A stretch of 64,000 nucleotides of DNA from a virus (Duplodnaviria > Heunggongvirae > Uroviricota > Caudoviricetes), in IMG/VR virus record IMGVR_UViG_2721755710_000007, positions 1 through 64,000 of that record; one strand, given 5' to 3'. The notes under the pieces were generated by a model. The model had not been told where the DNA came from, did no database searches, and saw only the letters and a program-made list of their open reading frames with translations. Of this stretch, positions 1-10,970 are shown in pieces. Position numbers and translations under genes: made by a program. Numbering within the stretch: position 1 is the first letter of the stretch; each line of letters opens with the position of its first letter.

Positions 1-220
1 ATGTGGCCATTCCGACGGAAATATCACTACTGGCTGATCGCCTTTGTTACGCCGACCGGCGGTATCAGGCATGTCATCACCAGGTATCGCAACAAGAGAC
101 TCACCTTAGCCAGAATTTTACAGGCTGCCATAGGTGAGGGACTGGATACAAATTGCGTAGTCCTTCCTCCTTCATACTTAGGAAAAATGACCGAAGCACA
201 AGCTAATACGGAACTTTGAA

Positions 221-1108
221 ATGATCACTTCAGCACAAAACCAATCAATCGAAAATGTATCTATCCCTGACGTCCTGAATGCCGGTATCCCGGCCATTAT
301 CCAGAACATCCGGGCCGCGCAACGCCGCGTTAGTTGTGATGACCTCACAGCGCGTTTTTTTGATAATGCGGTTCAGTCAGCGGAGATGCTTCACGCACAG
401 CTTATTGATGTTTATAACGCAGAAGCTGATAGCCATAACTCCCTGGTAGATGCAGCTGAAAATATGCAGTTGGATCTCGGTCTGAAGGGTAAAGAAATTG
501 AAGAGCTTCAGCTGGAAATTGAACATTTGAAACGCCAGCAACAGGACGCGATCGACGATGCGACGCATGACGCCAACCAGCGTGCTGATAATGCCGAACG
601 TATAAGCATTGAGCTGGAAACAAAACTCAATGAAATGACCGCGATGGTTGAACTGCGGAACTCACAGATTTCAACGCTAAAATCTCAATATAAAGAGATC
701 ATGAAACTTGATCCTTTTAACCTTGAGAAACGCTATAACAAAGCTAAAAGCGAGCGACAGGAACTGCGTAAGCAGGTCGCCGACCTTAACCAACAGCTCA
801 AAAAAACTATTAAAGATGCAAGCGAAGCGCGCGTGGCATTTGCTAATAAAAAAGCAGAGGTTACCGCGCTGGTTAATGAGAATGCCAAATTTGCGACGCT
901 CAAGAAGGAAATGTATGGCATTACTGAGCGCCGTTTCCCTGCAAGCAAACTTCATCCGACGTTAGGGCAAATCTCCTTCTTCCCGCGCCTCCTGGCTTAT
1001 GGGATCTCATCGCCTAAAGAGTTCAATAACGAGCGTCCTTATATCGTTTCTAAGCTGGACTTTGCTTATCAGTTCTGCTGCGACATGGGCTATGCCATTG
1101 ATATCTGA
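221..1108 (+). CDS. hypothetical coiled-coil protein (295 aa)
   Basis: Long ORF with heptad-like charged repeats; no recognisable catalytic motif. Confidence 0.4.
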   Translation: MITSAQNQSIENVSIPDVLNAGIPAIIQNIRAAQRRVSCDDLTARFFDNAVQSAEMLHAQLIDVYNAEADSHNSLVDAAENMQLDLGLKGKEIEELQLEIEHLKRQQQDAIDDATHDANQRADNAERISIELETKLNEMTAMVELRNSQISTLKSQYKEIMKLDPFNLEKRYNKAKSERQELRKQVADLNQQLKKTIKDASEARVAFANKKAEVTALVNENAKFATLKKEMYGITERRFPASKLHPTLGQISFFPRLLAYGISSPKEFNNERPYIVSKLDFAYQFCCDMGYAIDI

Positions 1109-1120
1109 ATCAACGAATGG

Positions 1121-1483
1121 TTGATGCCAAACTTCCAGCCGCTGGCCATTTTCCGCGAGTTCCAGCCGGAAGGTTGGGTAGAGTTCTTCCATGAATTGAT
1201 CTGTAAAGAGATGGAAAGCCGCCGCCCGGAACTGGTCCGCCGTGTCGAGTGGGCGCAAGAGGTTATGTTGGCAGATGCAGAGCTGCCGTTCGAACCGGAA
1301 TTTATTGATGATCTGGCAGCTAAAGGGCTGCATACCCTGTTTGATGTGGTTACCCGCCGTCATGAGCAGTTGGTTGTCGAATTGGGTTTAGAGGAAACAG
1401 CGGCAAGAAGACTTCTCGATGTTTGCTATGCACGTAGCGATGCATGGGAAAAAGAGAACGGCGGCACTATTTACGTTCGCTGA
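1121..1483 (+). CDS. hypothetical protein (120 aa)
   Basis: ORF 13 bp after the previous gene, followed by a terminator hairpin. Confidence 0.4.
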   Translation: MMPNFQPLAIFREFQPEGWVEFFHELICKEMESRRPELVRRVEWAQEVMLADAELPFEPEFIDDLAAKGLHTLFDVVTRRHEQLVVELGLEETAARRLLDVCYARSDAWEKENGGTIYVR

Positions 1484-1503
1484 CAGTTACAGTGTCACTT
1501 TTA

Positions 1504-1536
1504 ATGCTGGTGGAGTGCGCCCACCAGCATTTTTTT
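1504..1536 (+). terminator. rho-independent terminator
   Basis: Inverted repeat atgctggtgg / ccaccagcat followed by a T6 run. Confidence 0.55.
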
Positions 1537-1555
1537 CGTCCAATGAGGAGGGCAT

Positions 1556-2062
1556 TTGAGTATTTTCAATAAACACGCACACCAGGAACGTCCGTATATC
1601 GTCATAGTTGATATTGATGGAACAATATCAGAGGCAACTGAAGACAGACTGCATTTGCTTCCGCCACCAGGTAAAGGTGCATTAACAAAGGACTGGAACG
1701 AGTTTAATCTCGCCTGTGACACCGATACTCCCATCACTCCAGTTATTGATATGGTGCGCCAGTTATTTAACGTTTACACGGTCTGGTTTGTAACCGGGCG
1801 CTGTGAGATCGCAAGGGATAAAACACGAGCCTGGCTGCGGAAGTACGTAACAAACGGGGCTGAGCCTTTGCTATCTATGCGTCCTGCCACCGATGACAGA
1901 AATGACGGCCCAGCAAAGATTGATCTCCTTAAGAAAATTGGTCTAAGTAAAATCGCGTTCGCGCTGGAAGATAAGATTGAAGTGGCGCGTGTTTTCAGGA
2001 GGCACGGCGTGCTTACGTTAATGGTCAGGGAGTATGAAAATGCGCTTCTTCATCAACAATGA
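1556..2062 (+). CDS. HAD-superfamily phosphatase-like protein (168 aa, probable TTG start)
   Basis: N-terminal VIVDIDGT motif typical of HAD phosphatases; GAGGAGG ribosome-binding site upstream. Confidence 0.4.
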   Translation: MSIFNKHAHQERPYIVIVDIDGTISEATEDRLHLLPPPGKGALTKDWNEFNLACDTDTPITPVIDMVRQLFNVYTVWFVTGRCEIARDKTRAWLRKYVTNGAEPLLSMRPATDDRNDGPAKIDLLKKIGLSKIAFALEDKIEVARVFRRHGVLTLMVREYENALLHQQ

Positions 2063-2078
2063 TTGCTCTAATAAATAT
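2062..2078 (+). promoter_or_regulatory. C1 operator-like site
   Basis: attgctctaataaatat, near-match to the P1 C1 operator consensus. Confidence 0.5.
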
Positions 2079-2326
2079 TGATTTTTAAAACGGAGAAAGT
2101 GAAAATAAAAACATGCCGCAAGGCGCGGCATGTATCCAATCAATCACAGGAGCTGAAAATATGAACACGGCATTCAAAATCATTATGGCCGCGATCTATT
2201 TCTGGCTGTTCTCTATCACTTTTGGCGGCATCGTCGCTCATGGGTAAGGGGAGTATATTAGCCATTTGGGACCCCACGGTCTCTTGCGGGTTTAATTAAG
2301 AACCCGCAAGAAAAATACGAATTGGG

Positions 2327-5300
2327 CTATATTTTTCCGCCTACGCCTTTAAACTTCTCAATAAACGAGACGATTTTCTGGAAAACTGCCTGTTTTTTCG
2401 TTTTATATTGCGGATTTAACGGACTAAGTTTTGGTAATGTTTCGTTTAATTCTGTGCCATTTTCGGTGGCATATTCGCGTTTTAAAGACGTGCGAATATA
2501 GCGTTTTGCTGCATCTTCATTGAGATTTTCTTCTTTTATCAATGCTTCTGCTTCACGTTGCTGTTCGCGTTGAGCAAACGTAAAGAATGCGTCAATGATG
2601 CTGGCTTTGTCCGGTAAATCATCCAGGTTCGTTTGCTGAATAAAATCGACCACCAGGCCCTCTTTAGCACGGTTCCCTAGGCTTGAACGAATTAAGCGTT
2701 TGACCTCTTCGATCATTTCGCCCTTGCCTTTATTTTGTCTGTTGTGTTCGAAAATCAGTCCAAGGATATAATCCAGGTTTATTTCCTGAGACTTCAGCAA
2801 ATCGACCTCAAAAACTACGTCATCCCAGTCAGTGGTTGATTTCTCTTTTTTCTCAGCTTCTTTCTCACGGCGCTGCCAGTCGCGAATATCGTTATAGGCA
2901 GAACGATAATCCTGAATCTTGCGATCAGCAGGGAGACGAATTGTTTGCAATTTAGCGAACTTTTCATCATCCACATAATGCTCTGCTTTGAATTTTTCTA
3001 CCGCAACAGGATCGCTAAGATCGATTTGTTGCAGGGCTTTTAGCGTGGCAAATTCATCATAGTTTTGCAGGATGTTCTCGGCACGCAGGTATTCGCCAAA
3101 CAGTTTAACGAAGTCTTTCTTCTCTTTTTCACTTTCAATACTGGTAGGGTCAGGGAACCGTTGTTCCAGTTCTGAAACTACTGTCATAAAGCCGCGTTTA
3201 GCTTCACCAGTAGCAGCATCAGTAAAGCCTTCCATATACTCTGTATAACTCTTTTCTAACACCACATTTTTGGTGTTTTTGTCACCAAACAGCGTTATGG
3301 CATCAATAGTTGAGCGTTCCAGATCCCGGAAAGTGACGATATTACCGAAGGTTTTAGTAGCGTCATAAATGCGGTTGGTGCGGGAAAATGCCTGCATCAG
3401 GCCGTGAAAACGCAAGTTTTTATCGACGAATAGCGTGTTCAATGTTGGAGCATCGAAGCCGGTTAAAAACATCCCCACGACGATTAACAAGTCAACATCC
3501 TGATTTTTAACCCGCTGAGCCAGGTCCCGATAGTAGTTCTGAAAACCCTTGCTATCAGTACTGAAATTCATTTGAAAATGGTCGTTATATTCACGAATTG
3601 CAGCATCCAGAAACTCTTTAGCACTGCTGTCCATTGCGCTGGTATCAAAAGTTTCATCGGAAATTTCACCAATGGCATTTTGTTCTTCATTAGCGGCAAA
3701 GGAGAAGATTGTCGCAACACGCAGCGGTTTATAGGTAGCCGATTTATTAGCGGCTTCTTCTTGTAACCGTTTAAACGTCGCATAATAGGCTTTCGCGGCA
3801 TCCACGCTGCTCACTGCCAGCATGGCATTAAAGCCTTTGGAGCCTGGGAAGGTACGGTGGGTTTTCTGGCGGAAGTTGTTCAGGATATATTGCGTGATTT
3901 CCTGAATACGCATGGGATGAAGAAACGCCTGCTGATTTTCAGCCGCACTCAGTTTTTTCTCGTCAGTTTCTGTCTCTAAAGACTTAAACTGTGGCCGCAC
4001 ATCGTTGTAGTCCACCTTGAATTTGAGCACTTTTTCGTCACGAATCGCATCGGTAATTACATACGAATGCAATTCACGACCAAATACGCTGGCGGTTGTT
4101 TCTGAGCCTAAGGCGTTTTCCGGGAAAATAGGGGTGCCGGTAAAACCAAACTGATAATAGCGTTTGAATTTCTTCTTCAGGTTTTTCTGCGCTTCTCCAA
4201 ACTGGCTGCGGTGGCATTCATCAAATATAAACACCACTTGCTGATTATATACAGGCAGGTCGCTTTCTGCTTTCATCAGATTATTGAGTTTCTGAATAGT
4301 AGTGACGATAATTTTGTTATCGTCCTTATCCAGATTTCGTTTAAGGCCTGCGGTATTTTCCGAGCCGTTGACGCTGTCTGGCGAAAAACGCTGATATTCC
4401 TTCATGGTCTGGTAATCGAGGTCTTTCCTGTCGACCACAAAGAAGACTTTATCAATAAAGTCCAGCTCTGTTGCCAGACGCGCGGCTTTAAAGCTGGTGA
4501 GGGTTTTACCAGAACCGGTAGTGTGCCAGATATACCCACCGCTTTCCGGTTTTGACCAGTTCTTCGCTGTAAAGGAACTCTTAATTTTCCACAGAATGCG
4601 CTCGGTGGCGGCAATCTGGTACGGTCGCATCACCAGTAGCGTCTGACTACTGTCAAAAACGCTGTAGTTCACCAGAACATTCAGCAGAGTATGTTTCTGG
4701 AAAAAGGTAGCGGTAAAGTCTTTGAGGTCTTTAATCAGCGTGTTGTCTGATTTCGCCCAATTCATGGTGAAGTCAAAACTGTTTTTATCGCGCTTTGTCG
4801 TGTTGGCAAAATAACGGGTATCGGTGCCGTTAGAAATGACAAACAGTTGCAGATACTTAAACAGGGAATTTTCGCTGTTAAAACTCTCTTTACTGTAACG
4901 ATGTATCTGGTTGAAAGCCTCACGAATCGCCACCCCGCGTTTTTTTAGTTCGATTTGCACCAGCGGTAAACCATTAACCAGGATCGTGACGTCATAACGA
5001 TTAGCATGAGAACCCGTCTGTTCAAACTGCTGGATAATCTGCACCTTATTGCGCATGAGATTCTTTTTATCTATCAAATAGATGTTCTCAAGTCGCTCGT
5101 CATCAAAAATAAAGTCGCAAATATAGTCGATATGGATTTTACGGGTCTTATCCAGAATGCCATCGCTCGGGTTGTCCAGATACTGCTCCGTGAAACGCCG
5201 CCACTCGCTGTCATTAAACACCACACCATTGAGGCTCTGAAGCTGTTGTCGAACATTGGCCAGCATCGCCGACTGAGATTTTACGGATATAAATTCATAG

Positions 5301-5443
5301 CCCTGATTTCGCAGGTCCTGAATCAGTTCACGTTCCAGGTCCGATTCGCTCTGGTAGCTGTCGCCTGTTGGCTCAGCTTTGATGTACTTATCAAGAACGA
5401 TAAAGTTATTGGATTCAGCAATGGTGTGTGTCTGATGAGTCAT
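2327..5443 (-). CDS. hsdR: Type I restriction enzyme R subunit (1038 aa)
   Basis: Helicase motifs (TTGSGKT, DECH box); size matches Type IC HsdR; downstream of hsdM-hsdS. Confidence 0.85.
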   Translation of the reverse strand: MTHQTHTIAESNNFIVLDKYIKAEPTGDSYQSESDLERELIQDLRNQGYEFISVKSQSAMLANVRQQLQSLNGVVFNDSEWRRFTEQYLDNPSDGILDKTRKIHIDYICDFIFDDERLENIYLIDKKNLMRNKVQIIQQFEQTGSHANRYDVTILVNGLPLVQIELKKRGVAIREAFNQIHRYSKESFNSENSLFKYLQLFVISNGTDTRYFANTTKRDKNSFDFTMNWAKSDNTLIKDLKDFTATFFQKHTLLNVLVNYSVFDSSQTLLVMRPYQIAATERILWKIKSSFTAKNWSKPESGGYIWHTTGSGKTLTSFKAARLATELDFIDKVFFVVDRKDLDYQTMKEYQRFSPDSVNGSENTAGLKRNLDKDDNKIIVTTIQKLNNLMKAESDLPVYNQQVVFIFDECHRSQFGEAQKNLKKKFKRYYQFGFTGTPIFPENALGSETTASVFGRELHSYVITDAIRDEKVLKFKVDYNDVRPQFKSLETETDEKKLSAAENQQAFLHPMRIQEITQYILNNFRQKTHRTFPGSKGFNAMLAVSSVDAAKAYYATFKRLQEEAANKSATYKPLRVATIFSFAANEEQNAIGEISDETFDTSAMDSSAKEFLDAAIREYNDHFQMNFSTDSKGFQNYYRDLAQRVKNQDVDLLIVVGMFLTGFDAPTLNTLFVDKNLRFHGLMQAFSRTNRIYDATKTFGNIVTFRDLERSTIDAITLFGDKNTKNVVLEKSYTEYMEGFTDAATGEAKRGFMTVVSELEQRFPDPTSIESEKEKKDFVKLFGEYLRAENILQNYDEFATLKALQQIDLSDPVAVEKFKAEHYVDDEKFAKLQTIRLPADRKIQDYRSAYNDIRDWQRREKEAEKKEKSTTDWDDVVFEVDLLKSQEINLDYILGLIFEHNRQNKGKGEMIEEVKRLIRSSLGNRAKEGLVVDFIQQTNLDDLPDKASIIDAFFTFAQREQQREAEALIKEENLNEDAAKRYIRTSLKREYATENGTELNETLPKLSPLNPQYKTKKQAVFQKIVSFIEKFKGVGGKI

Positions 5444-5564
5444 AGCGCATCCTTTGTGCCGTCTGGCAAGGGCCGGAAGGGGGGTAATGGTGACTTCCGG
5501 CGCGTAAAAAATAGTCTATATACTGACCGGGTGTTAAGGTGGTCCGATCGGTAGCAATGATCAA

Positions 5565-6164
5565 TTAATTACTGACAGTTTCAGGTTTCGGGAAACTGAA
5601 CAGTAAATCACGGTAGTATTCGTATTGTTTCTGGCGCAACTCGATTTCACGCGGAAGACCTTCGGTGATGGAGTTAGTCAGGGTGTCGAAATTATCCAGA
5701 ATCCGAACGATTTCAGACTGGATGGCAAGGGATTTTTCCGGATTATCCGGGCAGGGGATTGGGATTTTTTTTTGAGAATAATTACTAATCCATTGGCGTT
5801 TATGGTCTCCCTCTGCGAATTCACTTGGTAATGTATTGAGCCAATAGTAAACATATTTCAGTAAGGTTTTATTATCATCACATGATGTAACCATTTTCAT
5901 AGCCGATGATTTTGCCTTAAAGTCAAAATCCACCCATTTATTAGCGGTGGTGAAATCATCAAAAATTATTACAGGTGCCTTTGATGCCTGATAAATACCA
6001 TGAGTCTCATTTGTGTATCCAAGAATAAATGTTTTTCCGGCAGTAAGAACCGGGATGGTATATGTGTCGTGATAATCTTTTGCTTTTACCAAATACTTTG
6101 TTGGCTGTTCATATTTGGTTATTTCCCCCAATGGCAACCACTCAACCTCAACCCCATCCAGCAA
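5565..6164 (-). CDS. hsdS: Type I specificity subunit, half-size with one target-recognition domain (199 aa)
   Basis: 24 bp downstream of hsdM; C-terminal conserved HsdS helix (...ILDNFDTLTNSITEGLPREIELRQKQYEYYRDLLF); only one TRD fits. Confidence 0.7.
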   Translation of the reverse strand: MLDGVEVEWLPLGEITKYEQPTKYLVKAKDYHDTYTIPVLTAGKTFILGYTNETHGIYQASKAPVIIFDDFTTANKWVDFDFKAKSSAMKMVTSCDDNKTLLKYVYYWLNTLPSEFAEGDHKRQWISNYSQKKIPIPCPDNPEKSLAIQSEIVRILDNFDTLTNSITEGLPREIELRQKQYEYYRDLLFSFPKPETVSN

Positions 6165-6188
6165 TTTTTCCAGATAAACTTAACTCGC

Positions 6189-7751
6189 TCATTTTTGCAC
6201 CTCGCAGCCTTCAATTTCAGCCACAATCGCATCAATATCTTTACGCAACTGGTCGATTTTGCTGACCGTGGTTTTCAGCTCAGCATTCAGCTCAGCAATA
6301 TCGATAATTTCGCGGTTATCTTTCGCTTCCACATAGCTGCTCACCGACAGGTTATAGTCATTAGCAACAACGGTCTCAAACGCGACAGATTTCGCCAGAT
6401 GAGCAACATCTTCCTTGCTGGCAAATACCTGCATAATCTGTTCGATATGGGTATCGGTCAGGATATTGTTGTTAGTCTCTTTTTTGAACAGTTCGCTGGC
6501 GTCAATAAACTGAACGTTGGTATCCGTTTTATGTTTGGACAGAACCAGAATGTTTACTGCAATGGTGGTGCCAAAGAACAGGTTCGGTGCCAGTGAAATT
6601 ACGGTTTCGACATAGTTATTGTCAATCAGATACTGACGGATTTTCTGCTCCGCGCCGCCACGGTAAAAAATACCCGGGAAGCAAACAATCGCAGCACGAC
6701 CTTTGGCAGAAAGATAGTTCAGCGCATGTAGTACAAAGGCGAAGTCAGCTTTTGATTTGGGGGCCAGAACGCCAGCCGGGGCAAAACGCTCATCGTTAAT
6801 CAGTGTCGGGTCATCGCTGCCAATCCATTTCACCGAATACGGCGGGTTAGAAACGATGGCATCAAACGGTTTTTCATCTCTGAAGTGCGGCTCAGTCAGT
6901 GTATTACCCAGCCTGATATCAAACTTGTCGTAGTTGATGTTGTGCAAAAACATGTTCATACGCGCCAGATTATAGGTCGTATGGTTGATTTCCTGACCGA
7001 AAAAGCCTTCTTCGATGATATGGTTATCAAACTGCTTTTTAGCCTGCAACAACAGTGAGCCGGAACCCGCTGCCGGGTCGTAGATTTTGTTAACGTTGGT
7101 CTGCCCGTGCATAGCCAGTTGTGCAATCAGCCTGGAGACGTGCTGCGGTGTAAAGAACTCACCGCCTGACTTACCAGCATTCGCCGCATAGTTAGAAATC
7201 AGGAACTCATAGGCATCGCCGAACAGGTCAATCTGATGTTCGTTAAAGTCGCCAAGCTTTAAGCCTTCAACCCCTTTCAGGACCGCAGCCAGGCGGGCAT
7301 TTTTATCCTTAACGGTGTTACCCAGGCGGTTACTGGTGGTATCGAAATCAGCAAACAGACCTTTGATGTCTGCTTCTGAAGGATAACCGTAAGCAGAACT
7401 TTCGATAGCAACGAAGATGCTGTTTAAATCTGCATTCAGTCTGTCATTGGTATTTGCTTTCGCCGCTACGTTGCAGAAAAGCTGACTGGGGTAGATGAAG
7501 TAGCCTTTAGTTTTGATGGCATCGTCTTTAATATCATCAGTAATTACGCTGTCATCCAGTTTCGCATAACAGATACTGTCATCACCGGCTTCAATATAGC
7601 TGGAAAAATTTTCGCTGATAAAACGGTAGAAAAGTGCGCCCAGAACGTATTGCTTAAAATCCCATCCATCGACCGAACCCCTGACATCGTTAGCAATTTG
7701 CCAGATTTGACGATGAAGCTCTGCACGTTGTTGAATACTTGTCATTTTCAT
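6189..7751 (-). CDS. hsdM: Type I N6-adenine DNA methyltransferase M subunit (520 aa)
   Basis: NPPY catalytic motif ([10 protein letters not shown]), AdoMet-binding region, conserved HsdM N-terminus. Confidence 0.85.
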   Translation of the reverse strand: MKMTSIQQRAELHRQIWQIANDVRGSVDGWDFKQYVLGALFYRFISENFSSYIEAGDDSICYAKLDDSVITDDIKDDAIKTKGYFIYPSQLFCNVAAKANTNDRLNADLNSIFVAIESSAYGYPSEADIKGLFADFDTTSNRLGNTVKDKNARLAAVLKGVEGLKLGDFNEHQIDLFGDAYEFLISNYAANAGKSGGEFFTPQHVSRLIAQLAMHGQTNVNKIYDPAAGSGSLLLQAKKQFDNHIIEEGFFGQEINHTTYNLARMNMFLHNINYDKFDIRLGNTLTEPHFRDEKPFDAIVSNPPYSVKWIGSDDPTLINDERFAPAGVLAPKSKADFAFVLHALNYLSAKGRAAIVCFPGIFYRGGAEQKIRQYLIDNNYVETVISLAPNLFFGTTIAVNILVLSKHKTDTNVQFIDASELFKKETNNNILTDTHIEQIMQVFASKEDVAHLAKSVAFETVVANDYNLSVSSYVEAKDNREIIDIAELNAELKTTVSKIDQLRKDIDAIVAEIEGCEVQK

Positions 7752-7927
7752 CCACTTATTTCAGGCTTATGTAATTGGATGTGATTCTACAGCAACTTGG
7801 ATGCTTTAGCAGTTCGGATATTAGGCTACGAATGACCTGCCTAGAGGTTTGTTAAGCCGCAAAGTGCTGGTGCTTTATGTCTGTGAAGTTTATAATTGCG
7901 TACACATAACGAGTACACGAGGTATTT

Positions 7928-8149
7928 ATGCAATCCATTAACTTCCGTACCGCGCGCGGCAACCTTTCTGAAGTGCTCAACAATGTTGAAGCCGGGGAAG
8001 AGGTTGAAATCACCCGCAGAGGCCGTGAGCCAGCAGTAATTGTCAGCAAGGCTACTTTCGAAGCCTACAAAAAAGCGGCGCTGGATGCTGAATTTGCATC
8101 CCTGTTTGACACCCTGGACTCCACCAACAAGGAACTGGTTAACCGATAA
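7928..8149 (+). CDS. phd: Phd antitoxin (73 aa)
   Basis: Sequence matches P1 Phd as I recall it ([41 protein letters not shown]...); overlaps doc start. Confidence 0.9.
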
Positions 8150-8529
8150 TGAGGCATATATCACCGGAAGAACTTATTGCGCTTCATGATGCGAATATAA
8201 GCCGCTACGGCGGCCTGCCGGGAATGTCAGATCCGGGTAGGGCAGAGGCCATTATCGGGAGAGTTCAGGCCAGAGTTGCCTACGAAGAGATCACCGACCT
8301 TTTCGAAGTCTCCGCCACCTACCTGGTGGCTACAGCGAGAGGGCATATATTCAATGATGCCAATAAGCGTACCGCGCTAAACAGCGCGCTGCTATTTCTA
8401 CGCCGTAACGGGGTGCAGGTATTTGATTCACCTGAACTGGCAGACCTTACCGTAGGGGCTGCGACCGGAGAGATATCTGTATCTTCTGTCGCCGACACGT
8501 TACGTAGATTGTATGGTTCTGCGGAGTAG
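8149..8529 (+). CDS. doc: Doc toxin (126 aa)
   Basis: Fic/Doc family sequence immediately after phd with ATGA start/stop overlap. Confidence 0.9.
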
Positions 8530-8713
8530 ATTAATGGCACGTAAATACAACAAGTTGTCCCGTGAAGCGTTAAAGATGCTTCTTGATGGCGTGAGCCGCC
8601 GCAAGGTAAAGCAATACCTGGTTGGTAAGCAAATTGGAGTCAGGACCGCTATTGCTGTGTTATGCCGTCAGGAAATGGTTGTGCTTAAACAGAGAATGCC
8701 GGGCAGCAGATAA
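8513..8713 (+). CDS. small hypothetical protein (position of P1 pdcB)
   Basis: Short basic ORF directly after doc. Confidence 0.3.
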
Positions 8714-8740
8714 AGCCCAATCAGTGATTAAAGGTGTGAT

Positions 8741-9784
8741 GTGAAAGCCATAATTACTCCCTTTGTACAGAAAGAGCTTGGCCTCGCCACGTTCAAAGTG
8801 GATCAGGAGGTCAGAAAGCTGGTGGAGGCTGGCCGTAAATTTATTATGGAGCCGGTGCCGCGTGAGTTAATCGAGCACATGGAAGACGGCCTCGTTGTTA
8901 CCGAGCAAACCATGGCAACAAATGAGGCGTTGCAGCCGTTTTTTAACAGCGATGAACTGTTTCGCCGTATTGGTGGAATTGACGCGCTGGTGGCGTGGTT
9001 GCGTAAGAAAGAGGGTCAATGCCAGGCCGCAGATCGTAGTTGGTGTGACAACCATATTGTCCACGCTGAACGAGACAATAGCGCGGTGTTGTTGTGCTGG
9101 CATCACGATAACCATTATCGGATGCGTGGTTTTAATGAGCTGAAAGAAACGCTGCACAATAATCGCGTTAACTGGATACTGGATGTCGCCCGTCAGGAAA
9201 TGGGCCTTTCAAATAGCCATGATTTAAGTATTCAGGAGCTGTGCTGGTGGGCTTTCATGCGCAACATGATGCACCTGATGCCGGAAGAAGTCTGCCGCAT
9301 ATCAATAAATAAGATGAAGGCTACTCCGCAGGATAGCGGACCTCTGAAAGAGGCGGATATTCGCCCGTATGACGATCGCGCTACAGCATATGTTCAGATG
9401 ATGGAAGAACGCGCCGCGCCGATGCGTGCAAAAGTATGCCCTGTGGATGTTGACTCCGACCCTGGCATGGCGCATTTCAAAATACCAAAACTGCAATCGC
9501 TAAAATTACCTGAGTACATGGACTTTGTTGCTTCCCGTCCATGCTGTGGGTGTGGAGCTGCGGGAGCTGGCGCTCACATTACGCCTCATATCGTTCGTCA
9601 TAGTCGATTATGCGCGCATGACATTTACGCAATTCCTCTGTGCCAGTCATGCCAGCGTGATATTGAGCGTGACCGCGATAATTGGGAGAAGACGCACGGT
9701 AGGTTGGCGATGCATCAACGATTGTTCTTTGATTACGCGCTTGGAGTCGGCGCTATCACAAGTCACTCGTCGAACGTTAGGTAA
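8741..9784 (+). CDS. hypothetical protein, 347 aa (position of P1 pdcA)
   Basis: Long ORF between doc and the late-activator gene; Cys/His-rich C-terminal region. Confidence 0.5.
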   Translation: MKAIITPFVQKELGLATFKVDQEVRKLVEAGRKFIMEPVPRELIEHMEDGLVVTEQTMATNEALQPFFNSDELFRRIGGIDALVAWLRKKEGQCQAADRSWCDNHIVHAERDNSAVLLCWHHDNHYRMRGFNELKETLHNNRVNWILDVARQEMGLSNSHDLSIQELCWWAFMRNMMHLMPEEVCRISINKMKATPQDSGPLKEADIRPYDDRATAYVQMMEERAAPMRAKVCPVDVDSDPGMAHFKIPKLQSLKLPEYMDFVASRPCCGCGAAGAGAHITPHIVRHSRLCAHDIYAIPLCQSCQRDIERDRDNWEKTHGRLAMHQRLFFDYALGVGAITSHSSNVR

Positions 9785-9785
9785 A

Positions 9786-9802
9786 ATTGCTCTAATGTAT
9801 TG
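9786..9802 (+). promoter_or_regulatory. C1 operator-like site
   Basis: attgctctaatgtattg. Confidence 0.5.
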
Positions 9803-9872
9803 ATATTTATTTAATCTATGGTATTATATTCCACGTTGATTAGTTGACATGGGCTAATCAGTAGGTGACAGG

Positions 9873-10325
9873 ATGTTACTTAACTGGCAGGGACGCCACT
9901 TCATGGAAATAAATCACTTACGAATAACATCGTATGAGATTGCGGATTACATGATCCGCACCAAATCTCTTCTATCAGCGAAAGAACTCGCAGCAATCCT
10001 TGAAAAGGAATACCCGCATCTGGATGTCGATAAGCGCGACGTTTATCTGCGCTTAAAGGCTATCGCTGTGTCTAAGTATTCGTCTGTTTTGATTGATGAC
10101 AGTACACGCCCACGTAGATTTCAGATCCACTCTCTGAATCCTGAATTCTTTCGCCGCAGCCGCGCTCCGCGCCGGTTTGATGAAAAACTCCAGAACGAAC
10201 TCTATATGACGCAGGACGAAAAGGAACGCCGGGAGCACCAGCCTTGGGTGATGGCGCGTCAACTTTTCAATAAGGTGGTCCGTCAGCACCGTCATTACGG
10301 TAATGCCACATCCGCACGTATCTGA
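9873..10325 (+). CDS. lpa: late promoter activator Lpa-like protein (150 aa; alternative start at 9903)
   Basis: Position immediately upstream of pacA and downstream of a C1 operator, as in P1; size fits. Confidence 0.5.
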   Translation: MLLNWQGRHFMEINHLRITSYEIADYMIRTKSLLSAKELAAILEKEYPHLDVDKRDVYLRLKAIAVSKYSSVLIDDSTRPRRFQIHSLNPEFFRRSRAPRRFDEKLQNELYMTQDEKERREHQPWVMARQLFNKVVRQHRHYGNATSARI

Positions 10326-10411
10326 TTGATTGCTTGCCCGTTCCGGGCCTTTTGACATGTGACTTTCGTTACCCTCGCGTCAAAAAGAGTTTTATACGAA
10401 AGGAAGCATAA

Positions 10412-10970
10412 GTGACCTGGGACGATCACAAGAAGAATTTTGCTCGCCTGGCGCGAGATGGTGGTTACACCATCGCACAGTATGCCGCCGAGTTTAATCT
10501 TAACCCTAATACCGCACGTCGTTATCTCCGTGCCTTCAAAGAAGACACCAGGACAGCGGACAGCCGCAAGCCAAATAAGCCAGTCAGGAAGCCTCTAAAA
10601 AGCATGATCATTGATCACGCTAATGATCAACGTGCAGGTGATCACATTGTGGCTGAAATGGCTGAAAAACAAAGAGTTAATGCTGTTGTCAGTGCCGCAG
10701 TTGAGAACGCTAAGCGCCAAAATAAGCGCATAAATGATCGTTCTGATGATCATGACGTGATCACCCGCGCCCAGCCGCCGCGCTGATGCCGCATTGTGGA
10801 TTGAGCATCGTAGAGAAGAAATTGCCGATATCGTCGATACAGGTGGTTATGGTGATGTCGATGCGGAAGGCATATCAAACGAAGCATGGCTTGAACAGGA
10901 TCTGGACGAAGACGAGGAGGAAGACGAAGAAGTTACCCGCAAACTGTACGGGGATGATGATTAATGGCCA
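10412..10970 (+). pseudogene. pacA: pacA, terminase small subunit, shortened and frameshifted
   Basis: N-terminal 124-codon ORF (10412-10786) with HTH-like start; acidic C-terminal tail (...[15 protein letters not shown]) is in another frame from about 10761; total about 180 codons. Confidence 0.6.
10605..10763 (+). other. pac packaging site (hexamer repeats with Dam GATC sites)
   Basis: Four TGATCA hexamers at 10605-10644 and three TGATC(A/G) at 10735-10763, the 4+3 arrangement of the P1 pac site. Confidence 0.8.

Noticed and set aside
1-219. 72-codon ORF at the left edge of the window
   Set aside because: No ribosome-binding site or motif and only a short frame ending just before the next gene; cannot be supported as a gene fragment.
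2283-2310. Inverted repeat cttgcgggtt...aacccgcaag near the 3-prime end of hsdR considered as a terminator
   Set aside because: No T-run follows it on either strand, so it is not a convincing intrinsic terminator.
3568-5256. Several 60-180 aa ORFs on both strands inside hsdR
   Set aside because: Embedded in or antisense to a well-supported 1038-aa helicase-type ORF; no independent signals.
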